Shown: positions 1 to 9,728, counted from the stretch's first letter. The stretch is DNA of 20,000 nt from an uncultured virus (IMG/VR IMGVR_UViG_3300030106_002968) (IMGVR_UViG_3300030106_002968), one strand, 5' to 3'. Notes: a model not told the origin generated them from the sequence alone. Program-made: numbers and translations.

Positions 1-2121
1 ATTTGTATTCGTGAGTTGAATGGTAACTCAGTTGTATTTGGTTGTGGTGACTATGATTGTCCAGAAAATGTTAGATACATCAAGTGTGCTGAAGAAAAAG
101 ATTTATGTAAACAGTTTCTAAGATATTGGCAACAAGATTACCCTGATATTATTTCTGGCTGGAATACAAACTTCTTTGATATACCTTATATCATTAATCG
201 TTTTCGTATGTTGTTTGGTGAAGAGTATGCAAAGAAGCTTTCACCTTGGAATAATATATGGGAAAGAAAAGTTATTCTAAATGGTCGTGAGTTAATCTCA
301 TATCATTTATCGGGTATCAACTCACTAGACTATATTGAACTGTACAAATGGTATGCGCCAGGTGGTAAGTCTCAAGAATCATACAAGTTAGATGCAATCG
401 CAAACGTAGAACTTGGTGAAAGAAAGTTATCATATGATGAGTATGATAGTCTGCATAATCTTTATCAAGAGAACTACCAAAAGTTTATTGATTATAATAT
501 CAAAGACGTTGACTTGATAATCAAACTAGAAGATAAACTGAAGTTAATTGAAATGGCAATCACTCTAGCTTATGATACTAAGTCTAACTTTGAAGATGTG
601 TTTGCACAAACTAGAATGTGGGACTCTCTGATATATAATCATCTATTACCAAAAAAGATTATTGTGCCACCTAAGAAATTCAAAAAGAAGGTGGCAGCTT
701 TTGAAGGTGCTTATGTAAAAGAACCTCAAGTTGGTATGCACGACTGGGTTGCATCATTTGACTTGAACAGTTTGTATCCACATTTATTGATTATGTACAA
801 CATTAGTCCAGAAACAATTGTAAGTAGTGATGATTATACAAGAGATATGCAAGAAGTATTAATGCAAGAAATCAATGTAGAGTCATTGCTTGACCAAAAG
901 ATTGATACAAAGAAATTGAATGGTGTAACACTTACACCAAATGGCCAGTTTTTCAGAACTGATAAGCAAGGTTTCTTACCAAAAATGATGGAAGAAATGT
1001 ATGAAGATCGTAAGAAGTTTAAGAAGCAAATGATACAGGCACAAAAAGATTATGAAAAGAAACCAAGTAAAGATTTAGAAAAACTTATATCAAAACTAAA
1101 CAATCTACAACTTGCAAAGAAAGTATCACTAAACTCTGCTTATGGTGCATTAGGTTCACAATACTTTAGATTCTATGACCTACGACAGGCACTTGCAGTT
1201 ACTTTAGCTGGTCAATTATCTATTCGTTGGATAGAAAACAAACTAAACAAATATCTAAATGACTTACTTAAAACAGAGGAAGATTATGTTGTTGCTTCAG
1301 ATACAGATTCAATTTATCTCAGGCTTGGTGGTCTTGTTGATAAAGTTTTTGAGGGTAAACCATCAACTGACGAGGCAATCAAATTCATGGATAAAGTCTG
1401 TGATGGAAAAATTCAATCTTTTATTGATAAGAGTTATAAGGATCTTGCTGACTATATTCATGCGTATGACCAAAAGATGGTAATGAAACGTGAAGTATTG
1501 GCAGATAAAGGTCTATGGACTGCTAAGAAGAGATATGTTTTAAATGTGCATGATAGTGAGGGTGTCAGATATTCGACACCTAAACTAAAGATTATGGGTC
1601 TTGAGATGATTAAGTCCTCAACGCCTTATGCGATTCGTCAAAAGATGAAACAACTCACTAAGATTATTGTTACAAAAGGTGAAGATGAAGTTCAAGGGTT
1701 TATCGCACAGTTCAAAGAAGAGTTTAAGAATTTACCAGCAGAGGAGATATCTTTTCCTCGTGGTGTAAACGGCATGAAAACGTATTCAGACCCAGCTACA
1801 ATCTATAAGAAGGGTACACCAATTCATGTAAAAGGCGCCTTAATATATAATCATCATGTAAAAAGATTAGGTTTAGAGAAAAAACATCCTATGATACAAG
1901 ATGGTGAAAAACTAAAGTTTACATATCTTAAACAACCTAATCCCATGAAAGATAGTGTTATATCTTTCCCAACAAGAATACCAAAAGAATTTGAATTGCA
2001 AAAATATATTGATTATGATATACAATTTCAAAAAGGTTTTATAGAACCAATTAAGTTTATACTTGAATGTATTCGCTGGGAAATAGAAAAGAAAAATACA
2101 TTGGAGAGTTTCTTTGAGTGA
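1..2121 (+). CDS. 43: T4-like family B DNA polymerase gp43 (5'-truncated at window edge)
   Basis: Frame is open from base 1. Exo motifs SGWNTNFFDIPY and YNIKDV; polymerase motifs SFDLNSLYP, KKVSLNSAYG, ASDTDS, KKRY; C-terminal clamp-binding-type tail TLESFFE. Confidence 0.98.
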   Translation: MCIRELNGNSVVFGCGDYDCPENVRYIKCAEEKDLCKQFLRYWQQDYPDIISGWNTNFFDIPYIINRFRMLFGEEYAKKLSPWNNIWERKVILNGRELISYHLSGINSLDYIELYKWYAPGGKSQESYKLDAIANVELGERKLSYDEYDSLHNLYQENYQKFIDYNIKDVDLIIKLEDKLKLIEMAITLAYDTKSNFEDVFAQTRMWDSLIYNHLLPKKIIVPPKKFKKKVAAFEGAYVKEPQVGMHDWVASFDLNSLYPHLLIMYNISPETIVSSDDYTRDMQEVLMQEINVESLLDQKIDTKKLNGVTLTPNGQFFRTDKQGFLPKMMEEMYEDRKKFKKQMIQAQKDYEKKPSKDLEKLISKLNNLQLAKKVSLNSAYGALGSQYFRFYDLRQALAVTLAGQLSIRWIENKLNKYLNDLLKTEEDYVVASDTDSIYLRLGGLVDKVFEGKPSTDEAIKFMDKVCDGKIQSFIDKSYKDLADYIHAYDQKMVMKREVLADKGLWTAKKRYVLNVHDSEGVRYSTPKLKIMGLEMIKSSTPYAIRQKMKQLTKIIVTKGEDEVQGFIAQFKEEFKNLPAEEISFPRGVNGMKTYSDPATIYKKGTPIHVKGALIYNHHVKRLGLEKKHPMIQDGEKLKFTYLKQPNPMKDSVISFPTRIPKEFELQKYIDYDIQFQKGFIEPIKFILECIRWEIEKKNTLESFFE

Positions 2122-2740
2122 GATAGACTATACAATTATGCCTTTGTTTAGCACACCGCTTTATATAAAAAACTTTGTACCCCTATCTAATGATGAAGAG
2201 ATTATTTTAAAATCATCAAAGCTTGAAAGAATGCAATCTGATAATGGTTATTTTTCTCAAGATAAATATATTTTAGATAGTACCAAAGAACTAAAAAGAA
2301 GTATTGAATCATGTATAAATGAGTATGTTTTTGATGAGTTAAAAGTAAGTGGCCCAGTTAAATTTTATATCACAAACTCTTGGATTGTTAAGCATAAAAA
2401 AAATGACTGGGCTCACCAACACGCACACACTAACTGTATATTATCAGGCGTGTATTATTTTGATGTAGATGAAAATAGTGGTGTTCTAAGTTTTCACAAA
2501 GAGTCAAATCACTTTACGGTTTTTCCAATGCACCTAGATTTAGACGTATCTGAACATAACATAATTAATTCAAAGGCGTGGAGTTTTACACCTAAAAACC
2601 ACCAACTTTTTATTTTTCCGCCATGGTTAAAACATGGTGTGTCTGGTAATAATTCAGATAAAGATAGATATTCTCTTGCTTTTAATGTATATTTAAAAGG
2701 TAAGATAGGTAAAAAAGAATATGAATTGGAAATAAAATGA
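2114..2740 (+). CDS. Putative 2OG-Fe(II) oxygenase (TIGR02466-like phage family)
   Basis: PLFSTPLY N-terminus, SW..HQHAHTNCILSGVYY, FPPWLKHGV and RYSLAFN motifs. TTG start overlaps the gp43 stop, with GGAG at 2103-2106. Confidence 0.85.
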   Translation: MSEIDYTIMPLFSTPLYIKNFVPLSNDEEIILKSSKLERMQSDNGYFSQDKYILDSTKELKRSIESCINEYVFDELKVSGPVKFYITNSWIVKHKKNDWAHQHAHTNCILSGVYYFDVDENSGVLSFHKESNHFTVFPMHLDLDVSEHNIINSKAWSFTPKNHQLFIFPPWLKHGVSGNNSDKDRYSLAFNVYLKGKIGKKEYELEIK

Positions 2741-3561
2741 CACAAGCTATCTTACCTTTTCTCACAGCAATCGCCTTATCAGGCATTGCAGCTTATTATT
2801 CAGTTATAGGTTTAGCACAGATTTTTCCAGGTTCGTTTTGGCCAATAATTATAATGGGTACAGTATTAGAAATTGCTAAGTTGGTCACAGTTTCTTGGTT
2901 GTACAATAACTGGAAAGAAACAATTTTGGCTATGAAAATATATTTTGTAACAGCCATTATTTTGGTCATGTTAATTACCTCCATGGGAATATTTGGTTTT
3001 CTTTCAAGAGCTCATATTGAATCTAACATTATAGTTGGTGCAAATTCCGTGCAAGTTAAGCAGATTGAGCAAAGAGAAAATCTATTAAGAGAACGATTGA
3101 CCTATCTGTACAGACAGGCAGGTGATGACCCAGAAAAAGTCGCAAGAACTACCGATAGACAAATACGAGCCGCACAATTAGAACTTGTAGAACTCACACA
3201 ACAAAAATTACCATTACTCAAAGAAGAAAACATATTAAGGGCAGAAGTAGGGCCAATCATGTTTATCGCCGAGTTATTATACGATAAAGATGATACAAAG
3301 TTTATAGATAAGGCTGTGAGGGTTGTTATATTCATAATCATATTTGTATTTGACCCATTGGCAGTTTTACTATTAGTGGCCGCAAATCAATCATATAGAA
3401 AATATAGGGTAGATAAACCCAAACCACCAACACCAAAGAAGGCAAATCGTAGAAAAAAGCTTGACTTACCAGCCAGTCCTAGTTTAGAATCCTTCTTTAT
3501 AGACAAAGATAAAATGTTAGTACCTAAAAATCAAATTGCGAAAGTGAGAGGAATGAAATGA
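2737..3561 (+). CDS. Membrane protein: about 3 N-terminal TM helices, coiled-coil region, a further TM segment and a basic tail
   Basis: Hydrophobic runs (AILPFLTAIALSGIAAYYSVIGL; IYFVTAIILVMLITSMGIFGFL; VVIFIIIFVFDPLAVLLLVAA). ATGA overlaps at both ends. Confidence 0.8.
   Translation: MTQAILPFLTAIALSGIAAYYSVIGLAQIFPGSFWPIIIMGTVLEIAKLVTVSWLYNNWKETILAMKIYFVTAIILVMLITSMGIFGFLSRAHIESNIIVGANSVQVKQIEQRENLLRERLTYLYRQAGDDPEKVARTTDRQIRAAQLELVELTQQKLPLLKEENILRAEVGPIMFIAELLYDKDDTKFIDKAVRVVIFIIIFVFDPLAVLLLVAANQSYRKYRVDKPKPPTPKKANRRKKLDLPASPSLESFFIDKDKMLVPKNQIAKVRGMK
3461..3490 (+). promoter_or_regulatory. Candidate sigma70-type promoter upstream of uvsX
   Basis: TTGACT (3461-3466), 18 nt spacer, TAGAAT (3485-3490), preceded by an A-tract; about 70 nt upstream of the uvsX ATG. 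Confidence 0.45.
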
Positions 3562-4622
3562 GTTTATTAGATAGACTAAAGAAGAATACAACAATTAAAG
3601 ATTCGTCTATACTTGCCAAGTCAAAGTTTTTTAGTCAGAAAGATATGGTGCAAACTGATGTACCTATGATTAATGTTGCACTTTCTGGTTCACTTGATGG
3701 CGGTATAACACCAGGTCTTACCATGTTGGCAGGGCCCTCTAAACATTTTAAGAGTGCATTTGGCCTGCTCATGGCTTCTGCATACATGAAAAAGTATAAA
3801 GATGCAGTTGTGTTATTCTATGATTCAGAGTTTGGCACACCGCAGAAATACTTTGAGACATTTGAGATAGACATGGAACGTGTATTGCATACGCCAATTA
3901 CAAATGTAGAAGAACTAAAAATTGATATAATGAATCAGTTACAAGATATCACAAGTGAAGATAAGGTAATCATAATCATAGATTCGATTGGTAACCTCGC
4001 ATCTAAGAAAGAGGTTGATGATTCACTTGATGGTAAAACAGTTGCAGATATGACGAGAGCCAAGGGTATAAAGTCTTTGTTTCGCATGATAACACCTCAC
4101 CTCACTATCAAAGACATACCCTTGGTTGTAGTCAATCACACATACAAAGAAATCGGAATGTTTCCAAAAGATATTGTTGGCGGTGGTACAGGTTCTTATT
4201 ACTCTGCTGACACAATCTGGATTCTTGGTAGACAACAAGACAAAGACAAAGATGGTCTACAAGGTTATCACTTCATAATTAATGTAGAGAAATCTAGGTA
4301 CGTAAAAGAGAAGTCAAAGATACCTATTTCTGTATCATTTAATGGTGGTATGCAAAAGTATTCTGGTCTTTTAGACTTAGCAATGCAAGCTAACTTTGTA
4401 ACAAAGCCATCACCGGGTTGGTATGCAAAAGTTGATCGTGAAACAGGCGAAGTTGGTCCTAAGGTACGCTTAGATGCCACACAAACAAAGGAATTCTGGT
4501 ATCCTATATTAGAGGACAAACAGTTTAAAACCTTTGTTCAAGAAAAATATCAAATAGGTTATGGGAACATATTGAATGACGAGACTAGAACAGACGATAC
4601 TGAAGAACTTAGTATACAATGA
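3558..4622 (+). CDS. uvsX: UvsX RecA-like recombinase
   Basis: Walker A AGPSKHFKS, FYDSEFG, IIDSIGNLASKKE, VVNHTY, GGGTGSYYSAD, KSRYVKEK; lies between gp43 and gp41. Confidence 0.97.
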   Translation: MSLLDRLKKNTTIKDSSILAKSKFFSQKDMVQTDVPMINVALSGSLDGGITPGLTMLAGPSKHFKSAFGLLMASAYMKKYKDAVVLFYDSEFGTPQKYFETFEIDMERVLHTPITNVEELKIDIMNQLQDITSEDKVIIIIDSIGNLASKKEVDDSLDGKTVADMTRAKGIKSLFRMITPHLTIKDIPLVVVNHTYKEIGMFPKDIVGGGTGSYYSADTIWILGRQQDKDKDGLQGYHFIINVEKSRYVKEKSKIPISVSFNGGMQKYSGLLDLAMQANFVTKPSPGWYAKVDRETGEVGPKVRLDATQTKEFWYPILEDKQFKTFVQEKYQIGYGNILNDETRTDDTEELSIQ

Positions 4623-5976
4623 AGATTTTACACGAAAAGTTTTACCATTTATCCAAATAGAATACTTTTCAGATTCAATTGAAAGAAAAGTTTTTGCTGA
4701 GATAAAAGAATTTGTAAATCGTTATGAGCAAGTGCCTACACATGAGGCGCTTGTGATTAATTTTACAGAAAAGAAAGAACTTACAGAAGATGAAGTCTCA
4801 AAATCTATTGAGCTTCTGAATGAAATCAAAACAACATCTGATGAAAAAGTAGATCAATCTTGGCTCACAGAACAAACAGAAAAGTTTTGTCAAGATAAAG
4901 CAATCTACAATGCAATCATGGATTCGGTTGCAATACTTGATGACAAAAGCACACAAAAATCTAAAGGTGAAATACCAAAACTATTGAGTGATGCACTTGG
5001 TGTTTCGTTTGACACTCATATTGGCCATGATTTCATAGATGATTACAAAGAACGATATGACTTTTATCACAAGGTTGAAAAAAGAACTAAGTTTGACCTT
5101 GACCTGATGAACAAGATTACAAAAGGCGGTCTGCCAGATAAAACTTTGAATGTATTGATGGCGGGCACAGGTGTTGGTAAAAGTTTGTTTATGTGCCACA
5201 TGGCATCAGCCTGTTTATCTCAAGGTGATAATGTTTTGTATATCACTTTAGAAATGGCTGAAGAAAAGATTGCAGAAAGAATTGATGCTAACTTATTAAA
5301 CATTAGTTTGAATGAACTTAGGTCTGTATCAAGAGATGATTATGAAAATAAATTCAAAGTGCTAAGAGCTAAGACACAAGGTAAACTAATCATCAAAGAA
5401 TATCCGACTGCATCAGCATCTACATTACATTTTAGAGCCTTGTTAAGTGAACTGGCGATGAAGAAACAATTTAGACCTAATATTATATTTGTTGATTACA
5501 TAAACATTTGTGCATCATCAAGAATACGACCAGGTGGTAATGTGAACTCATATACATATATTAAGTCTATTGCAGAAGAACTACGAGGTCTTGCTGTTGA
5601 GTTTGAACTACCAATTGTATCTGCTACACAAACAACGAGGTCTGGTTTTACAAACTCAGATCCAGGTCTTGAAGATGTTTCAGAATCATTTGGTCTACCT
5701 GCAACAGCCGACTTTATGTTTGCAATCATATCAAATGAACAACTTGAAGAACTGAATCAGATTATGGTCAAACAACAAAAGAATCGTTACAATGATCCAA
5801 GTTATTATAAGAAGTTTATTCTTGGTGTTGATAGAGCCAAGATGAGATTGTATGATGTAGAACAAGGTGGTCAAGATGACTTGTTAGACTCAGGTCAAGA
5901 TAATGGGCCAGATGGGCCAGATAAACCAATTAACACATTTGGCACAAGAGAAAAGTTTGATGGATTTAAAGTATGA
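4576..5976 (+). CDS. 41: gp41 replicative DNA helicase (DnaB-like)
   Basis: Walker A MAGTGVGKS, YITLEMAEE, IIKEYPT, IFVDYINI, SATQTTRSG, SESFGLPATADF, KNRY. Overlaps the uvsX 3' end by 47 nt. Confidence 0.97.
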   Translation: MTRLEQTILKNLVYNEDFTRKVLPFIQIEYFSDSIERKVFAEIKEFVNRYEQVPTHEALVINFTEKKELTEDEVSKSIELLNEIKTTSDEKVDQSWLTEQTEKFCQDKAIYNAIMDSVAILDDKSTQKSKGEIPKLLSDALGVSFDTHIGHDFIDDYKERYDFYHKVEKRTKFDLDLMNKITKGGLPDKTLNVLMAGTGVGKSLFMCHMASACLSQGDNVLYITLEMAEEKIAERIDANLLNISLNELRSVSRDDYENKFKVLRAKTQGKLIIKEYPTASASTLHFRALLSELAMKKQFRPNIIFVDYINICASSRIRPGGNVNSYTYIKSIAEELRGLAVEFELPIVSATQTTRSGFTNSDPGLEDVSESFGLPATADFMFAIISNEQLEELNQIMVKQQKNRYNDPSYYKKFILGVDRAKMRLYDVEQGGQDDLLDSGQDNGPDGPDKPINTFGTREKFDGFKV

Positions 5977-7091
5977 AAATAACTAGAGAACAAGCTTTAT
6001 ATGGTGCAAAAGTTTTCTCCGATTACTTTGACCGTTTTGATGGCATTGCTGATTACATTCGTGAACAAAAACTAAATGCACTTTCAGATGTGCCTGTTGG
6101 TCTTCCAGGTATGGGGCCTGAAACAGATTTGTTTAATGATAGTGATATGCACCCAGAAGATATGAAGATTGAGGTCCATGAGATGCAACAAAATCTTTGG
6201 GATAATTATCTATCAATCATATCATCACATTCAAACATGACAAGTATACCAGGAAAACAATTGCGTTTAGGTGTATTAGAAAAGAATACAAACAAGTGGC
6301 TTGGTTTTATTCGTATTGGTTCTCCTGTAATTAACATGAAGCCAAGAAACCAATTACTGAATAGTATTTTTACAGAGAGTCCAGAAAAAGCAAAAGCATT
6401 TAACAATACTACAATTATGGGTTTTGCAATCGTGCCTACACAACCATTTGGTTTCAATGCACTTGGTGGTAAATTACTTGCAGGTATTTGTTGTTCTCAC
6501 CATGTTCGTGAGATGATGAATAAAAAGTATAAAGGCATGAATGTCTGTTTGTTTGAAACTACTAGTTTGTATGGATCATCAAAGTCTAGTTCACAGTATG
6601 ATGGTATGAAACCATATATCAGATTTAAAGGTCTTACAGACTCTAATTTTCTACCATTGATGCACGGAAAACCATATGATGATCTAAAAGAGTATATGGA
6701 AAATGCTGTTGGTGAACCGTTAGTGCCAGAGGACGCCTCATCAAGAAAACTTAAAATATCTACAAAAATACAGGCGCTCATCAAGGCTGCTTTAGATGAA
6801 AGTGATTTAGATAAGTTTAATCAAACAATCAACAAAGCCCTTAATTTGACTGAAAAGAAACGATATTACGCCTCCTCCTATGGTTTCTCCAACTTTGTTG
6901 ATGTGGTGACTGGTAAGACCGATAAGTTGGTTCCAGACAAGGATAACCACGATAAACACTATCTGAAGAACGTAATTAACTGGTGGAAAAAGAAAGCCTC
7001 AAACAGATATGTGTCTCTAAAAAGAGACAATCGAATCAGAAAAGAGTTAGAAGTATGGACAGGTGAAAAAGAGATTGACATTATTCGGTAA
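5973..7091 (+). CDS. DUF4338 / Druantia DruA-like domain protein
   Basis: Motifs IPGKQLR, VPTQPFGFNALGGKLLAGICCS and FETTSLYGSSKSSSQYDG recall the DUF4338 pattern (GGKL..TTSLYG..SQY). ATGA coupling to gp41. Confidence 0.6.
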   Translation: MKITREQALYGAKVFSDYFDRFDGIADYIREQKLNALSDVPVGLPGMGPETDLFNDSDMHPEDMKIEVHEMQQNLWDNYLSIISSHSNMTSIPGKQLRLGVLEKNTNKWLGFIRIGSPVINMKPRNQLLNSIFTESPEKAKAFNNTTIMGFAIVPTQPFGFNALGGKLLAGICCSHHVREMMNKKYKGMNVCLFETTSLYGSSKSSSQYDGMKPYIRFKGLTDSNFLPLMHGKPYDDLKEYMENAVGEPLVPEDASSRKLKISTKIQALIKAALDESDLDKFNQTINKALNLTEKKRYYASSYGFSNFVDVVTGKTDKLVPDKDNHDKHYLKNVINWWKKKASNRYVSLKRDNRIRKELEVWTGEKEIDIIR

Positions 7092-7108
7092 TCATGTTAG
7101 GATAAATA
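7075..7108 (+). promoter_or_regulatory. Sigma70 promoter (extended -10) overlapped by a T4 late-like box
   Basis: TTGACA (7075-7080), 17 nt spacer, TAGGAT (7098-7103), with TG at 7095-7096. GATAAATA (7101-7108) is a 7/8 match to the late consensus TATAAATA. Confidence 0.7.
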
Positions 7109-7110
7109 AC

Positions 7111-8213
7111 ATGATGGCATACACATTTTTTCCAAAAACAGCAACAGAAGTTGTTAAAAAATTAAACCCTAAAAATGCTGACCAAATAGCAAAGGTTGGT
7201 GAAATAAGTCAATTGTTAAATTATTTAAAAAGTGATAAAAAAACAAAAGACATTATAGATACACCAATAAACATAGATCCATTAAAAATATCTTCTGTTA
7301 ATGTATCAAGAAAATTAAAAGGTGTTATAACAGAATCAGCAATCAAAAAGGCGGTTAGTTTAAAGAAAATAAAAATTAGATTTGGAGATGGTTCAGCTGG
7401 CGGTAGAGGTGTTAATAATAAAGGTGGTAAATTTGAAAAAGATTTAGGACCAGCATTTGAAAACTGGTGGACTGGTAAAAAAATTCAAGACGCTGATTTA
7501 TTAACAGCTGTTGAGGAGGTCTATGACAAGACCATACTCAAAAATTGGGAAGACTTATTTGTTTTACAAGAGGGAGCTGCAAATACAAAGAGACCGTTAC
7601 AATTTACACCAGACATAACAATCATGGCACCACCTGATAATAATATTGGTAAAATGGTAACTGATATAACATTAAAAAATAATGGTAAATCGGTGTATCT
7701 AAGTTTAAAATCAACCACGACTGTTACATTTTTTAATGTTGGGGTCAAAANNNNNNNNNNACAATATTGACAACACCAGAAATCAAAAGCGGTAATATAA
7801 CAGATAAGAATGGTTTGAAGTTATTAAAATTAATTGGCATAGACCCAGCTTTATTTACCGAACCATTTAACGAAAATAGTTATCGAGGATTTGAACAAGA
7901 AATAAAATTATCAGCTTCTAAAAAATCTAAATTAGAAAAACTCATAGAAAGTGGTATAGGTTATGGTTATACAGTTGTACATCAACTTAAAAAAGGTGAC
8001 GTAAAAGTTTTCAATGTTACTAAAAAATATATGCAAGACGCTTCAACTGTAGTTGGCCCTCTTACTGTTTATTATGGTGGAAAAACTGGCACAGGCAAAA
8101 GAGTAGACGTAGAGGTGAAAACAAAAAAATATTTAATGAATTTTAATATAAGAGATACTCAAGGAGGTGACGGTTACCCAACAAGATTAATGTGTAACTT
8201 TAAATACCTATGA
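7111..8213 (+). CDS. PD-(D/E)XK-superfamily nuclease-like protein (one gene interrupted by scaffold gap 7751-7760)
   Basis: The ORF-track pieces 7063-7770 and 7767-8213 join at the N gap (..NVGVK / TILTTPEIK..). Motifs GGKFEKDL ... VTDITLKNNGKSVYLSLK fit the E...D..(S)xK nuclease pattern. The ATG at 7111 or 7114 follows the promoter. Confidence 0.55.
7751..7760. other. Scaffold gap (10 N)
   Basis: N run. Confidence 1.
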
Positions 8214-9434
8214 ACTTCACAGAATTTTTACAAGAAGCCAGACAAGACAAGAATCTTCACTTAGAACATTTAGAAGATAATGTCTTGAATCGTGGTGTTG
8301 CTGGCGCCAGAGAGTCAATCAACTTTTTACAATCGTTGAGAGATATGCTTGCAGGTAAGTCCGCATCTAAAGTAAATGTTACAACAAAATGGGATGGTGC
8401 ACCTGCCATTTTCGCTGGTATAAATCCTGCAAATGGTAAATTTTTTGTTGGCACTAAATCAGTATTTAATGTAACACCTAAACTTAATTATAGAGACAGA
8501 GATATAGATAAGAACCACCCGACAGGTGNNNNNNNNNNTTAAAATAGCTTTGGCCTTTTTACCAAAACTTGGTATCAAAGGTGTATTACAAGGTGATATG
8601 ATGTTTACAAAAGGAGACTTGAAGAGAGAAACGATTGAAGGTGAGAGATACATTACGTTTCAACCAAACACAATTGTCTATGCAGTACCAGAAAATTCTA
8701 TCTTAGCTAAAAAAATGCAGGCCGCTCAACTTGGTATTGTTTTTCATACCTCGTATTCAGGTAGAACACTCAGAACTATGAAGCCATCCTTTAACATAGA
8801 CATTGGTAGATTACAACCAACAAAGGACGTTTGGTTTCGTGATGCTTCTTTCACCGATGCCTCTGGTACTGCCACATTTACAGATGCAGAGACAAGACAG
8901 ATTACAAATATACTCTCACAGGCAGGCAGAACATTTAGAACAATCAACGCTCAGGTCTTAAATCGTTTATCAATCAATGACAAGATACTTACAGAAATAA
9001 AAACATTCAATAACAAGTCAGTTCGTGCAGGTGAAAAAATTAGAAACACAAGTGTGCATACAATAAACTTGATTCGATTTGTAGAACAAAAACTAAACAA
9101 AGAAATACTCAAGGCAAAAAGAGCTGAGACAAAAAGAAAAAGACAACAAGAAAAGAATGAAATGATGAGATTCTTTAGACAATCAGCAATGCAGTTAGTA
9201 CAAATATTTAATCTAATGAATCAGATTGTTGATGCTAAATTAATCATCATACGCAAGCTACAAGAGATGAGACAGATTACGGGCACGTTTGTAAGAACAG
9301 ATGATGGTTTTAAGATTACAAACCCAGAGGGTTTTGTTGCAGTTGACAAACTAACAGGTGGTGCCTTGAAACTTGTTGATCGTTTAGAATTTTCACATCA
9401 AAATTTCACAGTTAAAAAACAATGGGACAAATAA
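8210..9434 (+). CDS. Conserved T4-like protein with ligase/nucleotidyltransferase motifs (DUF6267-like); interrupted by gap 8529-8538
   Basis: HLEHLED; TTKWDGAP (motif I KxDG); LQGDMMF (III); PEGFVAVD (IV); LKLVDRLEF (V). The two ORF-track pieces flank the N gap. Confidence 0.65.
8529..8538. other. Scaffold gap (10 N)
   Basis: N run. Confidence 1.
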
Positions 9435-9728
9435 ATGGCTTACGATATAGATAAAATCATACATGAATATGGAGATATGGATTTCGGCTTCACAGCAGTT
9501 GATGAAACGGAATATGAGGCAGTACAAGAAGAGTTAAAGAAAGAGAGTTATCAGAAGGACATTACAGTTGAACAATATAAAGAAAGACTAAGTGAATTAG
9601 AAAAATTAATTATGCCTTTCCTAACTAACCTATATAAATCCAGAGAACAGGCTTATATTCATTGGCCTAATCGTGGTAATTTATTAGAAAAACAAATGCA
9701 GAGAGTGTTAAAACTTACGAGAGGATAA
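9435..9728 (+). CDS. Hypothetical protein, acidic N-terminus, YIHWPNR motif
   Basis: 97 aa ORF abutting the upstream stop; codon usage matches neighbouring genes. Confidence 0.75.
   Translation: MAYDIDKIIHEYGDMDFGFTAVDETEYEAVQEELKKESYQKDITVEQYKERLSELEKLIMPFLTNLYKSREQAYIHWPNRGNLLEKQMQRVLKLTRG

Noticed and set aside
4576..4622. 47-nt uvsX/gp41 overlap with no gp40 between them
   Set aside because: Compact overlaps are routine in this window, and it involves only a disordered acidic UvsX tail.
5903..5923. Short tandem duplication (ATGGGCCAG x2) in the gp41 tail
   Set aside because: An in-frame 9-nt duplication in a low-complexity acidic linker, with no sign of function.
1..5976. Intein or intron in gp43, uvsX or gp41
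   Set aside because: Motifs are contiguous and lengths are normal; no splice-junction or homing-endonuclease insert was seen.
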